33,192 nt of DNA from Spirochaetaceae bacterium (GTDB lineage: Bacteria; Spirochaetota; Spirochaetia; Treponematales; Breznakiellaceae). The first letter of the stretch is position 1, and the number at the start of each line of letters is the position of its first letter. Below are positions 9,327-17,060 of the stretch, one piece after another. Below the pieces are notes generated by a model. That model ran no database searches and was not told the origin of the DNA. It saw only the letters and a program-made list of their open reading frames with translations. Location: NCBI GenBank assembly GCA_031257075.1, contig JAIRPM010000169.1, positions 1 through 33,192 on the forward strand. Direction: 5' to 3'. Made by a program: the position numbers and the translations under genes.

Positions 9327-10616
9327 ATGAACAAAGCCCTTGAAAATTTGACCGAACGCGGGTTTGTTTCGCAATGCACATCGATGGAAGGGCTTTCCGC
9401 CGTTATGGATGCCGGCCCCGTTACATTTTATGTCGGCTGCGACCCCACCGGTAGAAGCCTGCACATAGGGCATATGGTACCCTTTTTTGCGTTCCGCCAT
9501 TTGCTGCAGGCCGGGCATCGAGGCATCGCTCTTGTTGGCGGCGGCACAGCCCGTATCGGCGACCCTTCCGGCAAAACCGAAATGCGGAAAATGCTCAGTT
9601 ATGAAGAACTCGATGCCAATGCGGCTTCTATCAAAGCGCAATTGGAGCGTTTTTTGATGGGAACCGGCAGCGGCAGTTTCTTTTTTGCCAACAACAAAGA
9701 CTGGCTCGCTTCTCTCAATTATATTGATTTTTTACGCGATATAGGCAGCCATTTTTCTGTCAACCGTATGCTCAGTTTTGAAGCGTACAAAAAGCGCTTG
9801 GAAACCGGCCTTTCGTTTATTGAATTCAATTATCAACTGCTCCAAAGTTACGATTACCTCCAACTTTACCGGCTGCATAACTGCCGGCTTCAAATCGGCG
9901 GTGACGACCAATGGGGCAACATTGTGGCAGGCATGGAACTTATACGGCGGATAGGTGATGGTTCGGATGGCAGTTCTCCTGCCGGTGAAGCCATCTCTCC
10001 CGCTTTTGGCCTCACATTTCCGCTTGTTACGACAGCGGATGGCAAAAAGATGGGCAAAACAGAGAAAGGCGCGCTTTTTCTGGACCCTGCTATTACCAGC
10101 CCTTACGACTTTTTTCAGTACTGGCGTAATGTGCAGGATGCGGACTTGCTCCGTTTTCTACTATTGTTTACCTTTCTGCCGGCGAACGAATGCCGCGCGC
10201 TCTGCGCGCCGGAGAAGAATCTCAACGCCGCAAAAGAAAGGCTGGCCTACGAAGTTACTGCCCTCATACACGGTGTTGACGAAGCCGAAAGAGCGCTGTC
10301 AGGCGCGCGCGCGGCGTTTGGCGGCGGCGCGGATGGCATTTTTGCTATGCCCGCAAAGGAACTGGAGCGCGCCCGCTTCGAGGCCGGCTATAATGTCGTG
10401 GATTTGTTTGCCGATGCCGGGCTTGCCGCTACCAAAAGCGAAGCCCGCCGGCTTGTTGAACAGGGCGGCGCGTTTATGGGACTGCCCGGTATGGAATTGA
10501 ATGCGGCGCCGAATATAAAGCATACGATATATGCCTCCGTATTAAACAAAGACGCAAATGCCGCTCTTGTTCTTCGCGCCGGGAAAAAACGTTACTGCCG
10601 CATTGTTACCGTATAA
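9327..10616 (+). CDS. tyrS: tyrosine--tRNA ligase
   Basis: It has the class I HIGH motif (SLHIGHMVP), a KMSKS-type loop (KKMGKTEKG) and a C-terminal S4-like domain. The overall layout is typical of TyrRS (GCDPTG...GGDDQWGNI). Confidence 0.95.
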   Translation: MNKALENLTERGFVSQCTSMEGLSAVMDAGPVTFYVGCDPTGRSLHIGHMVPFFAFRHLLQAGHRGIALVGGGTARIGDPSGKTEMRKMLSYEELDANAASIKAQLERFLMGTGSGSFFFANNKDWLASLNYIDFLRDIGSHFSVNRMLSFEAYKKRLETGLSFIEFNYQLLQSYDYLQLYRLHNCRLQIGGDDQWGNIVAGMELIRRIGDGSDGSSPAGEAISPAFGLTFPLVTTADGKKMGKTEKGALFLDPAITSPYDFFQYWRNVQDADLLRFLLLFTFLPANECRALCAPEKNLNAAKERLAYEVTALIHGVDEAERALSGARAAFGGGADGIFAMPAKELERARFEAGYNVVDLFADAGLAATKSEARRLVEQGGAFMGLPGMELNAAPNIKHTIYASVLNKDANAALVLRAGKKRYCRIVTV

Positions 10617-10617
10617 A

Positions 10618-11007
10618 TCAGGGATATGCCGGCGGAATTTGCAGCATTTCCCGCAGCACAGGAAAGAAAACGTACAGGGCGGTGCCGCCGCCTATGCTTA
10701 TAAATGCGTTGCGTTTCCAAACATGGAGTGCCGTGGTCAGGAGTGCGGCAAAAGCAGTCTGCGCGATTAAAAAAACATCCGCGCCGGAGGCTGCGGCGCG
10801 GATATCTGCGGTTAGAGCGTTGCAAGTTAGGCATGTCATTGTTACCGGCGGCGCGGTGCGCTCAACAAACCTGATAAATTGTTCCGGCAGGATATCTTTT
10901 TTTATGCTATTTGCGTTTTTGAATACAATAAACGCAAAACTGCGGCAGGCAAAAACAGTAAGCGCCATGATGAATGTGTACACAAAAGCATCATGCAGAT
11001 TGAGCAT
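10618..11007 (-). CDS. azlD: AzlD-family branched-chain amino-acid transport protein
   Basis: A small, very hydrophobic protein immediately downstream of azlC, overlapping it by 17 nt. I start it at the internal Met (MLNLHDAFVYTFIMALTVFACRS), not at 11070. Confidence 0.65.
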   Translation of the reverse strand: MLNLHDAFVYTFIMALTVFACRSFAFIVFKNANSIKKDILPEQFIRFVERTAPPVTMTCLTCNALTADIRAAASGADVFLIAQTAFAALLTTALHVWKRNAFISIGGGTALYVFFPVLREMLQIPPAYP

Positions 11008-11707
11008 TGTTTTCTCCTTTGTTGATGTTTTTTTTGTTTGTAGAAGGCGCAAAAATTTGTACGAGAGCAAGAGCCGCAGTCAGCGCGGAGAGCAGGGAAA
11101 CGCGGATGGGAAGGAATACGGCGCAAAGGACGGCGGCAGCCGCGGCAATAACAAACGGCGCTGTTTTTTTTATGCGGTAGATTTGTTCAATCATTAGTAC
11201 AATAAAAAGAGCGGTGAGCGCAAACCCTATTCCTTCAATTTTGAATGGGATAAGAAAACCGCCGAGAGCGCCGATTACGCTTCCCGCTATCCAGTACGAA
11301 TGATTCAAAAGTGATACATAAAATAAAAACAGATTTTTATTTTTGGGAATGTCATCCGAATCCCACGATGAAAGAAGCGCGAACGTTTCATCGGTGAGCG
11401 AAAAGATAAGGTAGGGCTTAAATCGACCGGCGGCATTGTAGCGTTTTAACATGGTGATACCGTAGGCTATGTGGCGGGCGTTTACTACAGCCTGAATAAG
11501 CACCGCCTCGCCGAGCGAAGCGCCGCCGGCAAAAAGCCCTACGGCGATATACTGCGCTGAGCCGGCATACATCACAATGCTCATAACAAGGGCAAGATAC
11601 CAGGGATACCCCGCCTGTTGTAATAAAAGACCGAAAGCGATACCTATCGCCAAATAGCCCATTAGCACGGGTATGGAATACTTAAACGCCGCCGGCAGAA
11701 TTTTCAT
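10991..11707 (-). CDS. azlC: AzlC-family branched-chain amino-acid permease component
   Basis: IPVLMGYLAIGIAFGLL....G.....AL.MS..MYAGSAQYIAVGLF is the AzlC signature region. The protein is polytopic. Confidence 0.85.
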   Translation of the reverse strand: MKILPAAFKYSIPVLMGYLAIGIAFGLLLQQAGYPWYLALVMSIVMYAGSAQYIAVGLFAGGASLGEAVLIQAVVNARHIAYGITMLKRYNAAGRFKPYLIFSLTDETFALLSSWDSDDIPKNKNLFLFYVSLLNHSYWIAGSVIGALGGFLIPFKIEGIGFALTALFIVLMIEQIYRIKKTAPFVIAAAAAVLCAVFLPIRVSLLSALTAALALVQIFAPSTNKKNINKGENNAQSA

Positions 11708-12858
11708 TGAACGTTTAATCCTCCGAACACCGTTTTATTCAGATTCATAAAATAGTCCGTGCCGGTAGTTTCACTGTTTTGTATGCCATGTTCTAACATT
11801 AGTTTTTCGGTATATTTTCCCAATTGATATATTTTAAAATTTTTATATTCTTTGCTGTAATGTGTTACGATAGGGATAATTTCGGCGCTGCTTACCGTTA
11901 CGTCCGGCGGCGCTGTTTTGTATACGGTTTTTGTTATCGTAACCCGGGCAAGCGCTCCCAGCAGGCGCGCTTTTTCTTTTTGGCATGAAAGGAAATTTCC
12001 CAGCGAAAAAAACACAAGCGTAGCGCCGCCGTCTTCCCGTTTGATTTCGCGCACCGGTTGAATAACATGCGGGTGATGGCCGATGACCAAATCAACATTG
12101 TGCGCGGCAAGAAATTCGGCAAGTTCCTCCTGACGCCTATTGGGCGTATGCCGGTATTCCTCGCCCCAGTGCATTGAAACAATTAAAAAATCGCAGAACG
12201 GGCGCAACGCGTTAATTTCCTCCGCCATTACTTTTGTATCAATAAGCGATACAAGGTATGGGCTGTCTTGCGGCAGCGGTATGCCGTTAGTGCCGTATGT
12301 GTATGAAAGCCAGCCTATTTTTATGTTTTTCTTTTCAATAACCGCTTTTTTCCCGGAACGCGAAGCGGCGCTCCGGTGTATGCCCAGAAGTGCAATTTCA
12401 GGACGTTTTTCCCAATAATCCATTACGGCATACACGGCGGCTTTGCCTTTGTCGAGTACATGGTTGGTTGCATGGTTTACTACATTGAAGCCGGTTTTGA
12501 CAAGCGCGTCGCCTATTTCAACGGGGCCGTTAAATTCAGGATATCCTGAGAATTCAAACGCAGGCCCGGCAATAAGCGTTTCCTGATTGACAAAAGCAAT
12601 GTCCGCGCCGGCAATAACGGGCTTTATTTCAGAATAAACAGGTTCAAAATTATAGCCGCCGCCGTTTCGGGCATCATTAATTATTTCGATATGAATTAAA
12701 TTATCGCCCGCCGCGACAAGGGTAATTCGAGAAGAAACGCCGCCGCGCCGCCCGTTTTCCCCCGCGCCGCGCCGCGCTGTTGTCGTACAGGACGCGCATA
12801 ATGCCGCAGCAAGTATAACAGCGGCAAAAATCCGGATGCGGTATAAACGGAAATACAT
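11704..12858 (-). CDS. CapA-family (PGA_cap) metallophosphatase-like lipoprotein
   Basis: It has the lipobox AALCASC and the motifs TLVAAGDNLIH, ADIAFVNQE, NVVNHATNH, VSMHWGEEY and DLVIGHHPHVIQPV, which are typical of the CapA / poly-gamma-glutamate capsule synthesis family. Confidence 0.85.
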   Translation of the reverse strand: MYFRLYRIRIFAAVILAAALCASCTTTARRGAGENGRRGGVSSRITLVAAGDNLIHIEIINDARNGGGYNFEPVYSEIKPVIAGADIAFVNQETLIAGPAFEFSGYPEFNGPVEIGDALVKTGFNVVNHATNHVLDKGKAAVYAVMDYWEKRPEIALLGIHRSAASRSGKKAVIEKKNIKIGWLSYTYGTNGIPLPQDSPYLVSLIDTKVMAEEINALRPFCDFLIVSMHWGEEYRHTPNRRQEELAEFLAAHNVDLVIGHHPHVIQPVREIKREDGGATLVFFSLGNFLSCQKEKARLLGALARVTITKTVYKTAPPDVTVSSAEIIPIVTHYSKEYKNFKIYQLGKYTEKLMLEHGIQNSETTGTDYFMNLNKTVFGGLNVQ

Positions 12859-12870
12859 AAGGGAAACCCG

Positions 12871-13458
12871 CTAATTCGTGCCGTGCGGCCGCCCCGGAAT
12901 GATGCCGTCCGCGCTGCCGGAATATCCGGGGAATTCCTGCCCGCCGGGGGGGGGGGCTGCCTGCGAAAGCGGCAGGTTAGAACCATTCCGCGTCAATTCG
13001 ATGGTATATTCGTCGGTATCGCCGTTTTTGGCGTTTACCGTTACGGTGATAGCATCCATGGCGGTTATATTTGGAAAAATGCCCTTCGGAGACGTTGAGC
13101 CGCTGTAAGTGTACGATACCTGCGAAGTTTCAGTTTTCGGTTCGGCGATTATGACGGTAGACTGTGTATTTTCCGGCAGGTACAGTTTGTACTTGCGGTA
13201 AAGCGGGTCAAAGTTGGAGCCGTCTGTGTCTATGAGTATCCATTGTTCATCGGGAGGGAGTTCTTCGCCGTCTTCTTCTTGAATGCTGTTTTCATCGTAG
13301 TACAAGTAGCCGTAGCCCCCATAGGGAATGAACATTCTTTTGAGCAGCAGCGCCGCCTGCCGCGGGTCATCTTTCATATTATTCGTGCCGGGCGGGTTAA
13401 GGTCGCACGAAAAGAATATAAGCGCGGTACAGAAAAACACCATAAAACTACGTTTCAT
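12871..13458 (-). CDS. lipoprotein with a C-terminal cadherin-like beta-sandwich; contains a C11 (G11 on the plus strand) tract near its 3' end
   Basis: It has a signal and lipobox (MKRSFMVFFCTALIFFSC) with an AAGG SD 7 nt upstream. The C-terminus reads ...ITVTVNAKNGDTDEYTIELTR. The homopolymer encodes AAPPPGG. Confidence 0.6.
   Translation of the reverse strand: MKRSFMVFFCTALIFFSCDLNPPGTNNMKDDPRQAALLLKRMFIPYGGYGYLYYDENSIQEEDGEELPPDEQWILIDTDGSNFDPLYRKYKLYLPENTQSTVIIAEPKTETSQVSYTYSGSTSPKGIFPNITAMDAITVTVNAKNGDTDEYTIELTRNGSNLPLSQAAPPPGGQEFPGYSGSADGIIPGRPHGTN
12946..12956. repeat. G11 homopolymer tract
   Basis: Counted directly as ccgcc-GGGGGGGGGGG-ctgc. It lies 75 nt upstream of the lipoprotein stop and 88-98 nt upstream of the capA ATG (12858). 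Confidence 0.95.
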
Positions 13459-13586
13459 ACATTTACCTTGGAAATGAACCGCCGCCGCCGTTTTGGCGCT
13501 GCCGCCTTTTTGGGTTCGGCAGTTCTCTTCTATAAGTATCGGTTTTTTATGATGGGGGCAGCAGAATTTTTTGGAGGGGCGGCTGC

Positions 13587-13623
13587 GGGAGCGCGATTAG
13601 GGTTAATTTAATCAGCATTGCCC
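13587..13623. repeat. copy C of the dispersed palindromic element
   Basis: GGGAGCGCGATTAGGGTTAATTTAATCAGCATTGCCC, in the divergent region between the lipoprotein gene and skp. Confidence 0.75.
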
Positions 13624-13646
13624 TACGGCTTGAAAAATTCCCCGTC

Positions 13647-13675
13647 TTGCGCTTGTAAAAAAGAAAAGATAGACT
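13647..13675 (+). promoter_or_regulatory. promoter abutting the skp start codon (leaderless candidate)
   Basis: TTGCGC (13647-13652), a 17-nt spacer, TAGACT (13670-13675), then 6 nt to the ATG at 13682. There is no Shine-Dalgarno. Confidence 0.45.
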
Positions 13676-13681
13676 AAATCT

Positions 13682-14335
13682 ATGCGGAGACAGAGAATTG
13701 TTTGGGTGCTGTGTGTGTTTATGACCGCCGCGCCGTTTGGAATACCGCTCTATGCGCAGCAAATTACCCGTTTTGCGGTTGTGGATTACGGCCGCATTTT
13801 ACAAGCGCTCAATGCAAATAACAACGCTTATACGGAACTGGAAAAAAAGACCGAACAGGTAAAGGCCGAACTGGAAAAGCGGCAGCAGGAAATAAAAGGC
13901 ATTCAGGCGCGTATCGAGGAATTGCAAAAAACGCTCAGCGAAGCGGCTGCCGACACGCCGGATGCGCCGTGGGGGGCGGACGCGGGGGCTCAGCAGGCGC
14001 GAAGCCGTCCGCCGCAGAGCCGGGCCGGCAATCAGAAAGCGCTGGAACAGGAGTTGACGCGCCTGCAAACCGATGTATTAAAAAAAACGGATGCTCTCAA
14101 AGACTACTACCAGAAAAAAACCGCCGAGTTGGAGGCTGACCATGCCCGCATAACGAATAATTCCGCAAATACAGAGACCTTGAACCAGATAAACGCGCAG
14201 GTTGCCCTTGTCGCCGAAGCCGAAGGCTATACGATGGTGCTTGACCGGGCGACAAAAGGCATCGTTTGGTACAGCCGCTCGGTAGATATAACCGACAAAA
14301 TCATTGCCGCGCTTGTGGCCAGGCGAAAAAGATGA
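13682..14335 (+). CDS. skp: OmpH/Skp-family periplasmic chaperone
   Basis: It has a signal peptide, then FAVVDYGRIL, a long coiled-coil (ELEKKTEQVKAELEKRQQEIKGIQARIEELQ) and a C-terminal VAEAEGYTMVLDR...IVWYS..VDIT, which is the usual OmpH layout. Confidence 0.8.
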   Translation: MRRQRIVWVLCVFMTAAPFGIPLYAQQITRFAVVDYGRILQALNANNNAYTELEKKTEQVKAELEKRQQEIKGIQARIEELQKTLSEAAADTPDAPWGADAGAQQARSRPPQSRAGNQKALEQELTRLQTDVLKKTDALKDYYQKKTAELEADHARITNNSANTETLNQINAQVALVAEAEGYTMVLDRATKGIVWYSRSVDITDKIIAALVARRKR

Positions 14336-15162
14336 AACGCGGCGCTATTTGTGCCGCGGGCGCTTTTGTAACTTCTTTTCTGCTGGGCTTGTTGTTTCAG
14401 GCGGACATTATTATCGTTTTGCTGCGCGCTTTCTTTTTCGCCGCTCTTTTCTTCGGGTTGATATTCGGCGCTTCATACCTTATCGAAAAACTCCTCCTTG
14501 ACGTTCCGCTGCCGCCGCAGGCGGGCATTGATATAACCGTAGGCGATGAGGACATTGAGGCAGGCCAGTTTTCAGATGAACAGCAGGATGACGGCTTCAA
14601 AACAGACGGTTCATTTGGCGCTGAGTTCGATATGAGCGATGAAGAACTCGGGCTTGCCGGAGACGGGCTTTCCCCCAGCCAACCGGCGGATAACGAAGGC
14701 TGGGAAAATGACGGCGGCGGGGAGCCGCAAATTGACAATATATCCGCGTTGTTTGACGACGCTCCCGCTCAGCCGCAGACCGGTACGCCGCAGCCGTTGG
14801 CTGGCGGCCCGCAGCCAGTGGCTGGCGGCCCGAAACCTGCTCCGTCTCCTGAAAGGGCGGAAAGTTATTCTGATTTTTCATCGTTTGTTCCCGGAATGCC
14901 GGGCGTGGAAAAGGTTGAAAGCGAAGGAAGCGCCGCCGGCGGATTTTCCAGCAATTCCGAAATGGACAGTGTGTTTTCAGGGATAAATTTACAGAGCGGC
15001 GCGGAGCGGGCAGCCGGCGGTTCTGAGCGCGGCGGCAGGGTAACGGTAGGGACGGCGGAAATGTCAATGGGAAAACCCAAAGATGAAATTGACTTTAGCG
15101 GGCATGACGGCAAAAAAATGGCCGGCGCTATTCAAACGCTGCTCAGAAAAGACAACGAATAA
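14332..15162 (+). CDS. membrane-anchored protein with an acidic, Pro/Gly-rich low-complexity tail (function unknown)
   Basis: The start ATG at 14332 overlaps the skp stop (ATGA). There are two N-terminal hydrophobic segments, followed by a D/E-rich region and the PQPLAGGPQPVAGGPKPAP repeats. Confidence 0.6.
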   Translation: MKRGAICAAGAFVTSFLLGLLFQADIIIVLLRAFFFAALFFGLIFGASYLIEKLLLDVPLPPQAGIDITVGDEDIEAGQFSDEQQDDGFKTDGSFGAEFDMSDEELGLAGDGLSPSQPADNEGWENDGGGEPQIDNISALFDDAPAQPQTGTPQPLAGGPQPVAGGPKPAPSPERAESYSDFSSFVPGMPGVEKVESEGSAAGGFSSNSEMDSVFSGINLQSGAERAAGGSERGGRVTVGTAEMSMGKPKDEIDFSGHDGKKMAGAIQTLLRKDNE

Positions 15163-15186
15163 TGTTTTGCGCGCGCAATAGTTTTA

Positions 15187-16383
15187 TTATTTGAGGAACC
15201 GGTCGGTGCGCCACCAAACCAACTTGGCTTCATAAGCGCCGGCGAGAAGGGCGGAAAGAACGCCATTTGACGAAACATTAAAGGTGAAAAAATTTAATTC
15301 GTTGTTGTCAACGCGGATAGAGCCGTGCGCCCGTTCCGCGCCTGTTTCCGAGTCGAGGACGAGGAGCGCGAAGCCGGTTTCTACGGGAAAGTAGAAAAAG
15401 ACAGAGCCGCCCGCCATTGCGCCGAACATCGTGTAGAGCAGGTTTTCGCTGCTCCGTTTTCTGTTTACGGTAATGCTTCCTTCAAAAAACGGAATGTCCA
15501 CGCTGCCCCGGAACGAGCCGTCCTCTACGTTCATAACCCAGAGCGCGGAACTATCCGGCTCCATACCGGAAACAACCTGTGTTGTTTCATCGTGGATTTC
15601 GCGGTAGTAATCGATTTTAAGGTAGAGGGTTTTTGAATCGGGCGCGACGGCGATACCGTTCAGAACGGCCTGCACTTTACCCCGGTCATTAGGCGCGGGC
15701 AGTTTATTGTTCCTGACAGAAACGGTATGGAGGAGAAGCCCCTCATTGTTAAACCAGTATACGTCCATGCCCTGCGGCAGCCGGCACACAACGGCCAAAT
15801 CGTCATTGGCCGAAACATAAATGTTGTCGATGAGGGGGAAAGGGCTTCCGCCCGGCCCTTCCTGCCCCAGATAGCCGGTAAAATTACCGTCAATATCAAA
15901 GCGGAGTACGGTCCAGGAGAGCATTACTTTTTCTTCGCTGTTATAAGACTGGCGTTCTGATGTGAGTTTGTCCGCGACATAAATATTCCGGGTTGAATCG
16001 ACGGTTACGGCGCCCGGTTCGTTGAGCGGCCATGCGACTGACCACCGGGTCGCGCTCATATTTTCAGTTTTTGATTTGAGGCTGAGGGGGACAGGGTTGG
16101 TTTCGCTGTTGTATATCATGAAGAGCAAGTCGCCATAGGAATTGTAATGGAGGACTTTGCCGCCGGCGCCGTTGGCGATGTAGAAAAAACCGTCCCGCAT
16201 AGCAAGCGTTGTTTGCGCGGTATCCTGCCGGTTTTGCAGATTGAAAAGGTCGAGTTCGTCTTCGAGCCTGCCGATTCTGAATGTCCACAAATCCTCGCGT
16301 TCAATAGACACGCTGCCGGTTTTGGCGCAGGAAACAAGGGAAAAGGCAACGGACGCGATAATGGTAAAAAAAAGAGGTTTCAT
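15187..16383 (-). CDS. lipoprotein, function unknown (398 aa)
   Basis: It has a clean lipoprotein signal (MKPLFFTIIASVAFSLVSCAK) and is beta-rich. I recognise no family. Confidence 0.7.
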   Translation of the reverse strand: MKPLFFTIIASVAFSLVSCAKTGSVSIEREDLWTFRIGRLEDELDLFNLQNRQDTAQTTLAMRDGFFYIANGAGGKVLHYNSYGDLLFMIYNSETNPVPLSLKSKTENMSATRWSVAWPLNEPGAVTVDSTRNIYVADKLTSERQSYNSEEKVMLSWTVLRFDIDGNFTGYLGQEGPGGSPFPLIDNIYVSANDDLAVVCRLPQGMDVYWFNNEGLLLHTVSVRNNKLPAPNDRGKVQAVLNGIAVAPDSKTLYLKIDYYREIHDETTQVVSGMEPDSSALWVMNVEDGSFRGSVDIPFFEGSITVNRKRSSENLLYTMFGAMAGGSVFFYFPVETGFALLVLDSETGAERAHGSIRVDNNELNFFTFNVSSNGVLSALLAGAYEAKLVWWRTDRFLK

Positions 16384-16390
16384 CTAGGTA

Positions 16391-16496
16391 AAAAACCGGG
16401 CAGGATTGGCCACGGCGCAGCGCTCTCCAGTTGCCGTTGCTTCCTTCCGGACCTGGCGGGGTTGGCTGGCAGCTTCTCGCATGGTTCCTGCCACGG
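16391..16496 (-). ncRNA. ffs: small (4.5S-type) signal recognition particle RNA
   Basis: The minus strand contains CCGCCAGGUCCGGAAGGAAGCAACGG, i.e. the conserved SRP domain IV motif AGGUCC-GGAA-GGAAGCA with a GGAA tetraloop. The 5' CCG(U)GGCAGGA (16496-16486) pairs with the 3' UCCUGCCCGG (16405-16396), closing a hairpin of about 100 nt, followed by T6 (16395-16390). A promoter sits at the right distance upstream. Confidence 0.8.
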
Positions 16497-16502
16497 ACTT
16501 TC

Positions 16503-16531
16503 ACTATATCCCAAAGCGGCCGGTCAGGCAA
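16503..16531 (-). promoter_or_regulatory. sigma70-type promoter of ffs
   Basis: The minus strand reads TTGCCT (16531-16526), a 17-nt spacer, then TATAGT (16508-16503). The predicted SRP RNA 5' end (16496) lies 7 nt downstream of the -10. Confidence 0.6.
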
Positions 16532-16613
16532 GAGCCCGCCTGTTTGCCCATCCCGGCTTTCGAAGAATGCCGCCGGCTTCCGCCGGATGCCGCCGCAACG
16601 CGGTTTCCCTGTT

Positions 16614-16886
16614 CCGAACTCAATTCGTTCTGCTCCGAGCCTAATTCATTCTGTTCTGAACTCAATTTGTTCTACTCCGAACTCAATTCGTTCTGTTCCG
16701 AACTCAATTTATTCTGTTCCGAACTCAATTTATTCTGTTCCGAACTCAATTCGTTCTGCTCCGAGCCTAATTCGTTCTGTTCCGAACTCAATTTGTTCTA
16801 CTCCGAGCCTAATTCATTCTGTTCCGAACTCAATTTGTTCTGCTCCGAGCCTAATTCATTCTGTTCCGAACTCGATTTATTCTGTT
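16614..16886. repeat. tandem array of 13 x 21-bp units
   Basis: I parsed the units by hand. They start at 16614, 16635, 16656, 16677, 16698, 16719, 16740, 16761, 16782, 16803, 16824, 16845 and 16866. The consensus is CCGAACTCAATTYRTTCTGYT, with a second unit type CCGAGCCTAATTCRTTCTGTT. Confidence 0.97.
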
Positions 16887-17025
16887 TGGGGCAAGGGATT
16901 TGAGGAAGGCTTTTATTACCATACTGAAATTTATGGAAGCCGGCGGTTTAATGGAAATTATCTCACTATTTGTTTTGGGATTGCGGTGTAAATAGGCTTG
17001 ACCCGGCCGGCGGCAAGCGGCGCAG

Positions 17026-17054
17026 TAGACGGGCGGGGGTGTTTCCGGTATACT
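17026..17054 (+). promoter_or_regulatory. promoter abutting the ComFB-like gene start codon (leaderless candidate)
   Basis: TAGACG (17026-17031), a 17-nt spacer, TATACT (17049-17054), then 6 nt to the ATG at 17061. It uses the same -35 and -10 hexamers as the MCP promoter. Confidence 0.45.
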
Positions 17055-17060
17055 GCGGGT

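Noticed and set aside
16614-16886. A CRISPR array interpretation of the 21-bp repeats.
   Set aside because: The units are contiguous with no unique spacers. The unit is shorter than known CRISPR repeats, and there are no cas genes in the window.
16406-16991. Two overlapping plus-strand ORFs (165 and 186 aa) that read through the 21-bp array as heptad-repeat proteins (NSFCSEL / PNSIRSV).
   Set aside because: Their N-terminal halves are antisense to the SRP RNA gene and its promoter. They have no SD or signal peptide and an implausible composition. Open frames are expected for a repeat whose unit is a multiple of 3. I treat the array as non-coding, but proteomics could overturn this.
16933-16995. 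A 20-codon hydrophobic mini-ORF (MEAGGLMEIISLFVLGLRCK) between the tandem array and the ComFB-like gene, considered as a possible small membrane peptide or type I toxin.
   Set aside because: It has no SD and no obvious promoter or antisense RNA partner. It is too short to distinguish from chance.
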